DNA of 56,930 bases from the IMG/VR virus record IMGVR_UViG_3300025267_002563, positions 1 to 56,930 of that record; one strand, given 5' to 3'. The stretch comes from a virus (taxonomy: Duplodnaviria > Caudoviricetes). The position numbers were made by a program, and so were the translations under genes. The notes below the pieces were generated by a model. That model saw only the letters and a list, made by a program, of their open reading frames with translations. It searched no databases and was not told the origin of the DNA. Numbering within the stretch: the first letter of the stretch is position 1; every line of letters begins with the position of its first letter. This document shows positions 20,292 to 29,340 of this stretch, in pieces.

Positions 20292-20371
20292 ATAAGTGCT
20301 GATGTGGTAACGACTTAGGGCGATGGAGCCCCGCCCCGCTCGCCGTAACTCCTTTGATACTAACGACTTAC
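20292..20371. repeat. 80-bp bipartite element, copy 4 (solo 27-bp sites follow at 20471-20497 and 20594-20620)
   Basis: Same 27+26+27 layout. Confidence 0.9.
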
Positions 20372-20759
20372 GACGATTCCGCAGAGCAACTCATGTGCCA
20401 AACACAATCTAATCTCATAATGAGAATCCTTCCCTGCCACTTTGACAGGAGAAAAGCCGACTAATTTCTCCTAAGTATATGATATCAAACGACTTAAATG
20501 CGGTTTGCCATTTTGGCATAGGGGTGCTAAAATCTGCCATTATGACGTTAAGGTAATTTAATGAAACGTTACTAAAAAACTATTTTCAAGATTTTAACTC
20601 GATGGTACGAAACGACTTACGACAACACAAAAATCATTTATTCTGAATGGCACGAATAGTGCACTATATACTATTATGAAAAGCGTTAACACAAGTTCGA
20701 CTGGAATCGCAAGATTAGGTTTAAGAGACACTGAACGAACTACAACCACAGGAGAGAAA

Positions 20760-21065
20760 ATGGACCATTTTGACACGGAAATTACTTGCGAAGAATTCTA
20801 CTGTGACGAGGACCGACTCGCATGGGAAGAAAGAACACTATTTTTTGAAGAAAAGGAAAAGAAAATGAATCTAGAAAAAAGAAGTCAAAAAACAAAAGAA
20901 GATTGGATTAAGATTTTAAATCACCTTAAAGCTAAGGGTTTTCGCGGAGTAAGAGCAGAAAAAGAAGCTGCTAGATGTCTAAAGGAAATTGAAAAAAATG
21001 AGCTAAAAAAAGCTCATAAAGAATACACTGAAAATTTGGATAAACTAAAAAATCTTTGGAGTTAA
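20760..21065 (+). CDS. Hypothetical protein with acidic N-terminus (DHFDTEITCEEFYCD), paralog C1
   Basis: CAGGAGAG RBS before ATG 20760; N-terminus shared with the 24133 ORF. Confidence 0.65.
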   Translation: MDHFDTEITCEEFYCDEDRLAWEERTLFFEEKEKKMNLEKRSQKTKEDWIKILNHLKAKGFRGVRAEKEAARCLKEIEKNELKKAHKEYTENLDKLKNLWS

Positions 21066-21070
21066 TTAAA

Positions 21071-21301
21071 ATGTCAAATAAAGTTGAATTAAACAGAATG
21101 TACAATGTTCGGATAGTAAGCCCAAAAGGTCGGGTTGAGAATCACCAGCAAGTGTCTGGAGAGAGACTCGCAAACGATCTGAAATGTGGAGGTTTTCACT
21201 ATAATAGATTTAATCCGTTTTGTGAGATTTTAAGTTGGGAAGCGGTTCCCGAGATCACAGCGGAAATGGTAACAGGTCATGGCCGTTGGGGTTGTGAATG
21301 A
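21071..21301 (+). CDS. Hypothetical protein
   Basis: GGAG RBS; ORF track. Confidence 0.6.
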   Translation: MSNKVELNRMYNVRIVSPKGRVENHQQVSGERLANDLKCGGFHYNRFNPFCEILSWEAVPEITAEMVTGHGRWGCE

Positions 21302-21327
21302 CAATTAACTTTTTTAAGGAAAATAAA

Positions 21328-21438
21328 ATGAGAACTCTATTTTATTGGATCAAGGAAATTGTAATAATGTTTGTTTTTACAAGTATGATCTTGATTGCTT
21401 CCGCCGTGGGAGCTTTGGTACTTGTATCTAATATGTAA
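21328..21438 (+). CDS. 36-aa membrane peptide, paralog B2
   Basis: MRTLFYWIKEIVIMFVFTSMILIASAVGALVLVSNM; TAAGGA RBS. Confidence 0.7.
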   Translation: MRTLFYWIKEIVIMFVFTSMILIASAVGALVLVSNM

Positions 21439-21585
21439 AAAAATGATCTGGGGGGTTGACTTTCACAATTACTATGGTAAAATAAAAGCACAGAACCAAG
21501 ACCTAACTGGACCCTACGGGGTAGAGCTTAAAAGCTACTGAATAGGTTTTACTTTTACTTTCTTTACTTTTTAGGAGATGCAAAG

Positions 21586-21771
21586 ATGTCAATTCAAGTT
21601 ACTAAGAATGACGAAACAAACACAATGACCATCGTGCTGCCCTTGTCGGCCAAGGGAACGCTATCGGCTAGCGGCAAGAATGAAATTCTAGCTACCACGC
21701 GCGGCAATCAGCAGATTGCGTTGAATGGGCGAGTTGTGTCGGTTGGAGTAAACGTATATACTAAATCATAA
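21586..21771 (+). CDS. Small hypothetical protein (SASGKNEILATTRGN motif)
   Basis: AGGAGA RBS; own promoter near 21457-21483; terminator hairpin near 21849-21877. Confidence 0.75.
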   Translation: MSIQVTKNDETNTMTIVLPLSAKGTLSASGKNEILATTRGNQQIALNGRVVSVGVNVYTKS

Positions 21772-21992
21772 ATAAAGGGAAATAGGTGAAGCAGGTGGGA
21801 TGGGATAAAGCTCTGTTGCTCAATGTCCCATCTTACCCAGCCCTACTAAAGCCCCCTATATGGGGGTTTCCCTTTTTAAGGTAGAAAAATGACATTTCAT
21901 TCAAGAATAACTAGACTACAGAGATGGCTGATCGTACTGGCATTGTGGATTATGTTAGGATCTTATATTTTTGAGCTATACATGAGATACTC

Positions 21993-22072
21993 CTAAACCC
22001 TTACGTAGTAACGACTTACGACGACGGGGGCGGGCCACGCTCGCCGTAACTCCTTTCATACCAACGACTTAC
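21993..22072. repeat. 80-bp bipartite element, copy 5
   Basis: Same 27+26+27 layout. Confidence 0.9.
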
Positions 22073-22112
22073 AGCTATCTCGGAAACTTTTCAGAATTGT
22101 TGATTGTAGGTA

Positions 22113-22140
22113 TTGACTTTTGTCGATAAGTAGTTATAAT
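22113..22140 (+). promoter_or_regulatory. Sigma70-type promoter
   Basis: TTGACT-16 bp-TATAAT. Confidence 0.8.
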
Positions 22141-22164
22141 AAGAGCATCACAAGGAAATAAACA

Positions 22165-22269
22165 ATGACACTCGCACAAGTTCAACTCCGAATTCGCTTC
22201 ACTCAGGTTCGCCCGGCTCACATCAGCGTAGCTCGTTGGGCTGCAATGGTTCGCCAAGCAAAAGGATAA
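22165..22269 (+). CDS. 34-aa basic peptide, paralog A2
   Basis: MTLAQVQLRIRFTQVRPAHISVARWAAMVRQAKG. Confidence 0.75.
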   Translation: MTLAQVQLRIRFTQVRPAHISVARWAAMVRQAKG

Positions 22270-22278
22270 GGGTCCAAA

Positions 22279-22533
22279 ATGTTAGATTTAATGGCAGAAA
22301 TTACTTGTATGCCAAACGCAAGTAAACGTACTAAGGATAGAATTAGGGAACACGGTCCCGTGTTTAAATTGGAAGCGTTTGACAATCCAGCTTGCATGGA
22401 TGGCGTTCCTAGTGTATTCTTAAGATCTGAAGACGGATGGTTTGGATGGTTGATCAGCGACGAGATTTTTTGCCGTAATGCTCCCTCACCCTCAGACAAT
22501 ATGATTGAATGTAACAACCTGTTGAGAAAGTAA
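22279..22533 (+). CDS. Hypothetical protein
   Basis: ORF track; TAAGGG RBS. Confidence 0.65.
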   Translation: MLDLMAEITCMPNASKRTKDRIREHGPVFKLEAFDNPACMDGVPSVFLRSEDGWFGWLISDEIFCRNAPSPSDNMIECNNLLRK

Positions 22534-22609
22534 AATTATCTGCTACAGGGGTTGACAAGTAGGAATTTTGTGGTATAATAAAGAGACACTTAACACGAAG
22601 GAAAAAATT

Positions 22610-22954
22610 ATGACTTACGAACTGACCGAACTTGAAGCGACTATTTCCGAATGCTTTGAATACAATGGTAAGAGCTTGGCGGAATGGGATGAAGAGAACA
22701 AAAAAATCCAAAAGGAACTTGAAGAAAAATATATGCGTGAACAATTCGCCAAAGATTATGAGCAAGAACGGCAAGAAAATATCAAGTTATACCGTGAACA
22801 AGCCGATGAACTAAGTAGGTACGATTCGATAGGTCAGTTCGTTGACTTAGCTGGTGAGTTTGATAGGTCAAAGGTTCATGTGGATGAAGACGCTCGGTAT
22901 CGGGCACAATTAAAATTTGCAGCAAGAACCAATTTGGATATGGAAGATGAATAA
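22610..22954 (+). CDS. Acidic hypothetical protein
   Basis: Promoter TTGACA...TATAAT at about 22552-22579; AAGGA RBS. Confidence 0.7.
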   Translation: MTYELTELEATISECFEYNGKSLAEWDEENKKIQKELEEKYMREQFAKDYEQERQENIKLYREQADELSRYDSIGQFVDLAGEFDRSKVHVDEDARYRAQLKFAARTNLDMEDE

Positions 22955-23108
22955 AACTACGGTGAGATATATCGGCGTATTGCTTATTATTTGGGGGTTG
23001 ATTTTCCTGAACGGTTGTGTTACAACTACAAAGGTTGTGGTACGACACGCATTCCCAGACGATCACATTAACTACGAAATTTCACAGGAAGTATCACGAG
23101 CATATTGA
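22947..23108 (+). CDS. Small putative lipoprotein
   Basis: Hydrophobic stretch followed by lipobox-like FLNGC. Confidence 0.55.
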   Translation: MNKTTVRYIGVLLIIWGLIFLNGCVTTTKVVVRHAFPDDHINYEISQEVSRAY

Positions 23109-23241
23109 GCCCCGGTCAAAGAGACGATGTTTGATAGGTTAGTGGATATGGTGCGGTAACCTAGCCACAAGTAGCCACTGCAAACATTCTCGGTGCAAGT
23201 CCGATGTGGGGCATCCTACACTTTATTTTTTGGAGAAAACT

Positions 23242-23508
23242 ATGAGCCACGATCCAACCGAAACTATTCGCAGAAGCGAAGTCACTAGAATCAACACGGA
23301 GGTAGAGAGTTCAGACGAGGATGCGGAACGAGTACGGCTGGAAGCGGAGTATGGACAAGTGTGGAATACACAACAACTTCAAAAAGATTTTGTAGCGAAG
23401 AGTTTTGCGGCCCCATATATTATTGTGGAACGTAAAGCTGATAATGTTGCCGGTACGCTAGAATTTCAACACGGTCCACGTTATTATTTTAACTTCAAGG
23501 AAAACTAA
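23242..23508 (+). CDS. Hypothetical phage protein (GTLEFQHGPRYYF)
   Basis: GGAGA RBS; ORF track. Confidence 0.7.
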   Translation: MSHDPTETIRRSEVTRINTEVESSDEDAERVRLEAEYGQVWNTQQLQKDFVAKSFAAPYIIVERKADNVAGTLEFQHGPRYYFNFKEN

Positions 23509-23944
23509 AAATGAATTTCCCTTATGGTAGCAAGATTGAGTTTGATGGTACGGAATTGACTTTTACAAAAATTGAAAACACCAAGAGCGGTGGTGTGGTT
23601 TGTATTTTCTCTGATAAAAATGGGAAAATAACTAAGCTCACACAAAAACAAGTAGAGGAGATTTTATGCCCTTAGTTTGGACTATTTTATGGTTGGGTGC
23701 TGTGATTGGAGTATGGACTACGATTATATACGTTAGCTATAACGATAAGGATTTTTAGTGATAACTTGTAAAGCTATGCGACCAAGTACCGGAAGCGTTA
23801 TTAATGTGGAAATTCCAACAGAAATTGGAAATGATCCCTTTGCAATTGCACAGTGGATAGGTGAAAAGTTTAATTGGCAATTTATTCCACTTGGAAAATA
23901 CCACATCAAATTTCTTAACCTTAGAGATGAATTGTAAACTTGAC

Positions 23945-24024
23945 GTAAACCCTTACGCTGTAACGACTTACGGCGATGGGGGCGGGCCGCGCTCGACGTA
24001 ACTCCTTATGTAGTAACGACTTAT
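23945..24024. repeat. 80-bp bipartite element, copy 6
   Basis: GTAAACCCTTACGCTGTAACGACTTAC-26 bp-GTAACTCCTTATGTAGTAACGACTTAT. Confidence 0.9.
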
Positions 24025-24064
24025 GACAATGTGGGAAATCTTTCAGAATTATTGATGGTGGGGG

Positions 24065-24092
24065 TTGACTTTGGTCGATATATAGTTATAAT
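24065..24092 (+). promoter_or_regulatory. Sigma70-type promoter
   Basis: GGGG-TTGACT-16 bp-TATAAT. Confidence 0.8.
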
Positions 24093-24132
24093 GGGGGAGT
24101 AAGAAGAAACAACCCACGACCAAGGAGCAATC

Positions 24133-24303
24133 ATGTTTGATCACTTTGATTCGGAAGTTAGCTGCGAGGAATACTACTGCGACGATTTCGACACATGGGC
24201 AAATGAAGTCGATGAGATTCCCGATGAGGAACTCGAATGTGTTGCGGACTTTTTGGATAATTATCCATTGCAGCACTTGACAGACCCAGAATCTGTGGTA
24301 TAA
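24133..24303 (+). CDS. 56-aa highly acidic protein, paralog C2
   Basis: AAGGAG RBS; MFDHFDSEVSCEEYYCDDFDTWANEVDEIPDEELE. Confidence 0.7.
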   Translation: MFDHFDSEVSCEEYYCDDFDTWANEVDEIPDEELECVADFLDNYPLQHLTDPESVV

Positions 24304-24322
24304 TAAAGTACAAGGAGAAACC

Positions 24323-24586
24323 ATGTTTGATTACAAAGACCACAAGTGCCGCATAGAGTATGATCGGGAAGAGGACAATATCAAGGCATGGCATATAGTC
24401 AAGAAGCCCAACGGGCAGGAGGTGTACGCTGACATAAGCCCTTACAATGATGATGAAGAACTGATGAAAATGTGGATTGATGCGGGCTATCCACAACGAA
24501 TAGGAAGAGCCCCGCTTGATAGGAATGAGTTGTTATGTTTAATGGAAAACCGAACCATCTACCAGAGGGAAAAATGTCAAAGCTAA
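24323..24586 (+). CDS. Hypothetical protein
   Basis: AAGGAGA RBS; promoter at about 24277-24304. Confidence 0.7.
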   Translation: MFDYKDHKCRIEYDREEDNIKAWHIVKKPNGQEVYADISPYNDDEELMKMWIDAGYPQRIGRAPLDRNELLCLMENRTIYQREKCQS

Positions 24587-24744
24587 AAGTAGGACAAGAA
24601 GTAAAATTTGTGTATCATAATAAAGTAAGGCAAGGTAAAGTTGAACGATTGTTCAATAACACACCCTACCCTGCTTTTTGTGTGGACCATGGCGACCACT
24701 ACAAATCGTACCGACGCAGTAAAGCTAAGTTTCTGGCCAAGTAA
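24574..24744 (+). CDS. Small SH3/KOW-like basic protein
   Basis: LKVGQEVKFVY...GKVERL; terminator hairpin at 24783-24815. Confidence 0.55.
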   Translation: MSKLKVGQEVKFVYHNKVRQGKVERLFNNTPYPAFCVDHGDHYKSYRRSKAKFLAK

Positions 24745-25039
24745 CTACTACTATACATTTTCGTCAGAGCTTAGATCATAAAGCGCAGCCTCTTATTCAA
24801 GGGGTTGCGTTTTTTCCAACACGAAAGGTCAAAACTATGAACGATTATTCTGATGACTTAAGTAATTATCAAGGAAAAGGTTGGCCGATTGAAGAGGAAG
24901 TTTTTTACGGGAATTTAGAAAATTTACAGGAAAAGGTAGAATTTAAAGATGCTCAAGAGGATAATGCCGATACTTGAATTTTTGGCTATTGTGGTATGGG
25001 GTGTGCTAGCGATAATGGCGATGATACATTATCCTTGAC

Positions 25040-25119
25040 GTAAACCCTTATGGCATAAGGACTTAGGACGACGGCGCCCCGCCCCGCTCGTCGTAACCTC
25101 TTACTGTGTAACGACTTAC
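25040..25119. repeat. 80-bp bipartite element, copy 7 (solo site at about 25322-25348)
   Basis: Same 27+26+27 layout. Confidence 0.9.
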
Positions 25120-25149
25120 AGCGATTCTATTTTATTGTAAAGTTTGGGG

Positions 25150-25177
25150 TTGACTTTAGCCGATGATATAGTATAAT
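25150..25177 (+). promoter_or_regulatory. Sigma70-type promoter for tRNA-Asp
   Basis: TTGACT-16 bp-TATAAT. Confidence 0.8.
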
Positions 25178-25185
25178 GACTACAT

Positions 25186-25259
25186 GGGGTTGTAGCTCAA
25201 TTGGTTAGAGTACTGGACTGTCGATCCAGCGGTTACGGGTTCGATTCCCGTCAGCCCCG
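25186..25259 (+). tRNA. tRNA-Asp(GUC); CCA not encoded
   Basis: Acceptor GGGGTTG/CAGCCCC, anticodon arm CTGGA-CTGTCGA-TCCAG, T arm ACGGG-TTCGATT-CCCGT. Confidence 0.9.
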
Positions 25260-25447
25260 CTATTGTCTTGCCCGAGCTAGGCCCGTTAGGTTGTAAATAG
25301 GTTATAGCACGCGAGTTTTGCGTAAAGTGTTAACACGGCATGACTTACGACAAATGAAATTGCTCTAAGTTTTTTCTCAAGTTGGGGGTTGACTTTGGAC
25401 GATAATAGGTTATAATGAGAGAAACACAACACACGAAAGGACACAAC

Positions 25448-26224
25448 ATGGTCAAGTTCTCAAAAGCTAATGCAAAAATTGAAGCGTTAAAAGAGGTTCC
25501 TTCTTTACAAAAATATCTCAAGGGAAAAAAGGTTTATTCGTTTGATCTTTTGTCGGGTTATTCGTGTCCATTTGCAAAGCAGTGTCTGAGCAAGGCAACG
25601 GTCAATGACGAAGGTAAGCGGAAAATCAAAGATGGTCCCGATACTGAATTCCGGTGCTTTTCAGCAAGTCAGGAAGTACAGTATACCAATGTTTACAATT
25701 TACGCAAAAATAATTATGATGCGTTGCGTGGGTTGGACGTAAAAGAAATGGTCAAGGAAATTCTATCAGCTATGCCGAAAGATATGGGTGTCTGTAGAAT
25801 TCATGTGGCAGGCGATTTTTTCAACGAAGATTACTTTTATGCTTGGTTGGTAGTTGCTAACTTAAATCCACATATTCTATTTTACGCCTATACAAAATCC
25901 TTGAGGTACTGGATAGCTAATATGGATTTTGTCAACGAACGGCCTAATTTTGTCTTGACCGCAAGTTATGGTGGCAGAGAAGATGGGTTGATCGGTAGTC
26001 ACAACCTCAGATCGGCCAAGGTGGTATTTTCAGAGCAAGAAGCGTATAGCCAGAATCTGGAAATTGACCACGACGATAGTCATGCCGCAGATCCGGCTAA
26101 AAAGAATGATGATTTTGCTTTACTGATTCACGGCACACAGCCCAAAGGTAGTGAAGCAGCGGTGGCTCTAAAAGAGCTAAAGGGAAAAGGGTCATATAGT
26201 CGAAAGAAAAAGGTGGCTGCATGA
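25448..26224 (+). CDS. Gp88-like phage protein (Cys-rich, radical-SAM-like)
   Basis: SCPFAKQC...CFSAS...RIHVAGDFF...YAYTK; promoter at 25389-25416. Confidence 0.7.
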   Translation: MVKFSKANAKIEALKEVPSLQKYLKGKKVYSFDLLSGYSCPFAKQCLSKATVNDEGKRKIKDGPDTEFRCFSASQEVQYTNVYNLRKNNYDALRGLDVKEMVKEILSAMPKDMGVCRIHVAGDFFNEDYFYAWLVVANLNPHILFYAYTKSLRYWIANMDFVNERPNFVLTASYGGREDGLIGSHNLRSAKVVFSEQEAYSQNLEIDHDDSHAADPAKKNDDFALLIHGTQPKGSEAAVALKELKGKGSYSRKKKVAA

Positions 26225-26415
26225 CATGGGGTGAACTGTTAAAGTACATGAAAGAGAAAAACATGGAAGACTCGGATTTTTTACGAGAGACTGTCTATGT
26301 TTGGAATGTGGAAAGGGGAGAGTTTTTACCGGCTGACCTACTTGAAACTGGAAAAGATGACGATATCATTGGAGGAAACCGGCTTTTTATCTCAATTAAG
26401 GAGGAACAGTCTTGA
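26221..26415 (+). CDS. Hypothetical protein
   Basis: ATGA overlap with the upstream gene. Confidence 0.6.
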   Translation: MTWGELLKYMKEKNMEDSDFLRETVYVWNVERGEFLPADLLETGKDDDIIGGNRLFISIKEEQS

Positions 26416-26486
26416 TAGGGTATGTGCTGTTAATAGTGATAGGAATTTTTGTTACAATCATGTGGATTAACGACACGGAATAAATA

Positions 26487-26678
26487 ATGTTAAAGTTAAG
26501 AAATAAAGAATATAAAATAAAATATAAACATGAGGATGCCGGATTTGATTTTGGGGTTTACATCACCTATATCGATGGTGAATATGAAAAAATGGTATAC
26601 TTTACAAAACTTGAACACCAAATTAAATTTACGGACCTTTTAAAAGAAGCAGGCTATACATATGTGGAATCGACGTAA
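26487..26678 (+). CDS. Hypothetical protein; stop codon inside element copy 8
   Basis: ORF track. Confidence 0.55.
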   Translation: MLKLRNKEYKIKYKHEDAGFDFGVYITYIDGEYEKMVYFTKLEHQIKFTDLLKEAGYTYVEST

Positions 26679-26754
26679 ACCCTTACTGCCAAAGGACTTA
26701 GGGCGACGGCGCCCCGCCCCGCTCGCCGTAAACCCTTACCACATAACGACTTAC
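26675..26754. repeat. 80-bp bipartite element, copy 8
   Basis: Same 27+26+27 layout. Confidence 0.9.
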
Positions 26755-26878
26755 GGCAATCTTATTTATTTCTAAAGTTAGGGATTGACTTTGCCGATAA
26801 GTATAGTATAATGAAAGCATCAAAGGAAACACCGATTAGTAAAGTTTCCAGTTTTTCACTTTTTTAAGGAGAGTTGTT

Positions 26879-27055
26879 ATGAAGGCTATCAAAGGAAACC
26901 TGCGTTTCATTCCCCGTGCTATTATTAACACGGAGCGCACCGACCGCCCACAGTGGGCAAAGATTGTAATCGATGGAAAGGTGGTACACACCGGACAACT
27001 TCGGTATATCAAGAGAATCGCCAAGGCCAAGTATAATTTGGATCTGGATATTTAA
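26879..27055 (+). CDS. 58-aa basic protein (not in track)
   Basis: TAAGGAGAG RBS; promoter at 26785-26812; MKAIKGNLRFIPRAIINTERTDRPQWAKIVIDGKVVHTGQ. Confidence 0.7.
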   Translation: MKAIKGNLRFIPRAIINTERTDRPQWAKIVIDGKVVHTGQLRYIKRIAKAKYNLDLDI

Positions 27056-27077
27056 GCGGGTCTCTCCTTTCGTGTGG

Positions 27078-27133
27078 TCCTCTGCGAGCGTTTTAGTCTG
27101 ATCAAAGCTAACGGCGCTCGCAGGGGATTTTTT
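27078..27133 (+). terminator. Long GC-rich hairpin plus T tract
   Basis: TCCTCTGCGAGCG...CGCTCGCAGGGGA then TTTTTTT. Confidence 0.75.
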
Positions 27134-27225
27134 ATCTGGAAAAATTAATGCTGGAGGGGTTGACTTTCCGATAATAAGTAGTATAATGAAAGCATAACAA
27201 GTTCACTTTTTTGAAAGGAAGAAAA

Positions 27226-28170
27226 ATGTCTCACGAAGTTGAAAGAATGGTTTTTGCCGGTGCAACCCCTTGGCATGGTTTGGGAACCGAAATTGACAGC
27301 GCAACCAATTTCTGGGATGCGTTCCGATTGGCCGGTTTGGATTGGGAAGTTGCGACCGAACCCGTTTTCCGCAAGGATGGTCAAGAGGTCAAAGCTCAAG
27401 CTGCGGTGCGAACCTCAGACAATCGGGTTTTGGGCGTTGTAGGTCCACGTTGGACCCCCTTACAAAATAAGGATGCGTTCAAGGTGTTTGAACCGCTCGT
27501 AGATTCCGGTGATTTGATTTTGCATACTGCCGGATCTTTGCGAAATGGCGAACGTATTTGGGTTCTGTGCCAGTTGGGTGCGGAAAATAGCGAAATCGTA
27601 AAAGATGATGAAATCGCAAAATTTGTCTTGCTCAGCAATGGGCATGATGGCAAGCTGGCGGTTCATCTAGGATTTACGCCGATTCGCGTGGTTTGCGCCA
27701 ATACTGAAGCAATGGCACGAGGTTCTAAAGCCTCTAAATTGATTCGGGTGAGGCATCACAGATTTGTCAAGAATAACGTGGAAAAACTCCGCGATATTAT
27801 GAATCTGGCAAACCAAGAGTTTGAGACGACTGCCGAAAATTATCGATTCTTGGCATCGCGTCAAATTAACTCGAAAGATTTGCGTAAGTATGTTAAAATC
27901 GTTTTCAATGTCCAAGAGCAGGAAGACAAGGATATTTCAACGCGAACTGAAAATATTATCCAGAGCGTTGAAAATTTGTTCTTGACTGGTAAGGGCAACG
28001 ATTTGCCGGGCGTCCAAGGTACTTACTGGGCAGCATATAATGCCATGAGTGAGCATCTTAATTATAATAAAGGGAGAAGCAACGAAAATCGAATGGATTC
28101 TCTCTGGTTCGGACAAAATGGAAATTTGAACCAGAAAGCCCTTGACACTGCGTTGGCTCTCGCAACCTGA
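27226..28170 (+). CDS. DUF932-family phage/plasmid protein
   Basis: PWHGLG...AGLDWEV...PLQN..AF...TAGSL..G...LLSNGHDG...TPIRVVCANT; promoter at 27160-27187. Confidence 0.85.
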   Translation: MSHEVERMVFAGATPWHGLGTEIDSATNFWDAFRLAGLDWEVATEPVFRKDGQEVKAQAAVRTSDNRVLGVVGPRWTPLQNKDAFKVFEPLVDSGDLILHTAGSLRNGERIWVLCQLGAENSEIVKDDEIAKFVLLSNGHDGKLAVHLGFTPIRVVCANTEAMARGSKASKLIRVRHHRFVKNNVEKLRDIMNLANQEFETTAENYRFLASRQINSKDLRKYVKIVFNVQEQEDKDISTRTENIIQSVENLFLTGKGNDLPGVQGTYWAAYNAMSEHLNYNKGRSNENRMDSLWFGQNGNLNQKALDTALALAT

Positions 28171-28231
28171 TAGGAATCTGTTTAATCGACACGTCAGTCA
28201 GGCTAGCTAAGTGCTGACCTCTGTTCGAACT

Positions 28232-28265
28232 GCCCCGTTCCCAAATCTGGGAGCGGGGTTTTTTT
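28232..28265 (+). terminator. Intrinsic terminator
   Basis: GCCCCGTTCCCA-AATC-TGGGAGCGGGGT followed by a T run. Confidence 0.85.
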
Positions 28266-28272
28266 AATTGAC

Positions 28273-28352
28273 CTAACCCCTTACTATCAAAAGACTTAGG
28301 GCGACGGCGCCCCACCCCGCTCGACGTAAGTTGTTACTATATATAGACTTAC
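28273..28352. repeat. 80-bp bipartite element, copy 9 (solo sites at 28386-28412 and 28468-28494)
   Basis: Same 27+26+27 layout. Confidence 0.9.
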
Positions 28353-28762
28353 GGCAATCCCCCAGTGCAAATATCATGCCGAACTGTAAGTTGTTGATAT
28401 GTATAGACTTATGAAGATTTTCTCAAGTTTAGGGGTTGATTTTGACGATGTGTATTGTATAATAGACGTAAGTACTTATGCTGTAAGGACTTATGAAAAA
28501 AAGTAGAGAAAACAAACCGATTCCAACATTCCTTTGAAATTTATCGATCTTTTGAAAAAAATAAAGTTTTTCTTGCCGGGCTGTGAGATGTCTCAGCTAT
28601 ACTAGGCCCTTGCAGTCTGTGATAGTCTATAGCACGCGAGTTTTTCCTACAAGTTTAAACTGTCAAATATTTTTACAAAATAATGAGATTGTATTTTCTG
28701 AACTAGACCTTTGAGTCCACGATAGTCCATAGCACGCGAGTTTTCCCAAATAGAGGTATTCA

Positions 28763-29065
28763 ATGGCTAAAAGTTTAAAGAAATCCGCCGAAGATAATGT
28801 ACAAAAGATGAAAGAATTTTCTTTCGATGTACAAAAAGATTTAATTTGTCAGGAAGTTTTAGAGACACTAGGAGTAGTCAATGATTTGCATAAAGTATCA
28901 GCAAAAAATGTATTTGATAATAAATGGAGAATAGATGTCTGGACACAACAATGGTTAGAACATGCTTGTGGTCCCTCTTATAACATAAAACATAGTTATT
29001 TTTGTACAATAAAAGACAACTGTATCTCTGGGTGCAATCCAGAAATTTTACCCCTATATAAATAA
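28763..29065 (+). CDS. Hypothetical protein
   Basis: AGAGGT RBS; NVFDNKWRIDVW. Confidence 0.7.
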   Translation: MAKSLKKSAEDNVQKMKEFSFDVQKDLICQEVLETLGVVNDLHKVSAKNVFDNKWRIDVWTQQWLEHACGPSYNIKHSYFCTIKDNCISGCNPEILPLYK

Positions 29066-29160
29066 AAGTAGGGTATAATATACTATAGGTAATTTGGAGA
29101 ACCTTAAGAAATCTGAAATGTTTCAGATAAGGTTTTTCTCTCACAGTATGGAGAAATGTA

Positions 29161-29340
29161 ATGGGTACAAAGATTAATTCACTGTTTAAGTCAAGAAGGT
29201 TTTGGGTCGCTGTAGCAGGCGTGGTAATTGTAGCAAGTGAAACTGTTAGAGGTACTATAGGTATTTCAGCAGAACAAACCACCAACGTGGTTCTCGTACT
29301 TGGTTCGTGGATTGTAGGCGATTCTTTACGTACTACTTAA
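29161..29340 (+). CDS. 59-aa two-TM holin-like membrane protein (not in track)
   Basis: GGAGA RBS; MGTKINSLFKSRRFWVAVAGVVIVAS...VVLVLGSWIVGDSLRTT. Confidence 0.65.
   Translation: MGTKINSLFKSRRFWVAVAGVVIVASETVRGTIGISAEQTTNVVLVLGSWIVGDSLRTT

Noticed and set aside
23135-23220. tRNA-like stretch (ACTGCAAA and TCGG-TGCAAGT-CCGA)
   Set aside because: A T-arm-like hairpin is present, but no consistent acceptor, D or anticodon stems; at most a degenerate remnant.
18048-28352. 80-bp elements as CRISPR repeats or simple terminators
   Set aside because: They are separated by 0.4-1.9 kb of genes and lack U-tracts; separate canonical terminators exist in the region.
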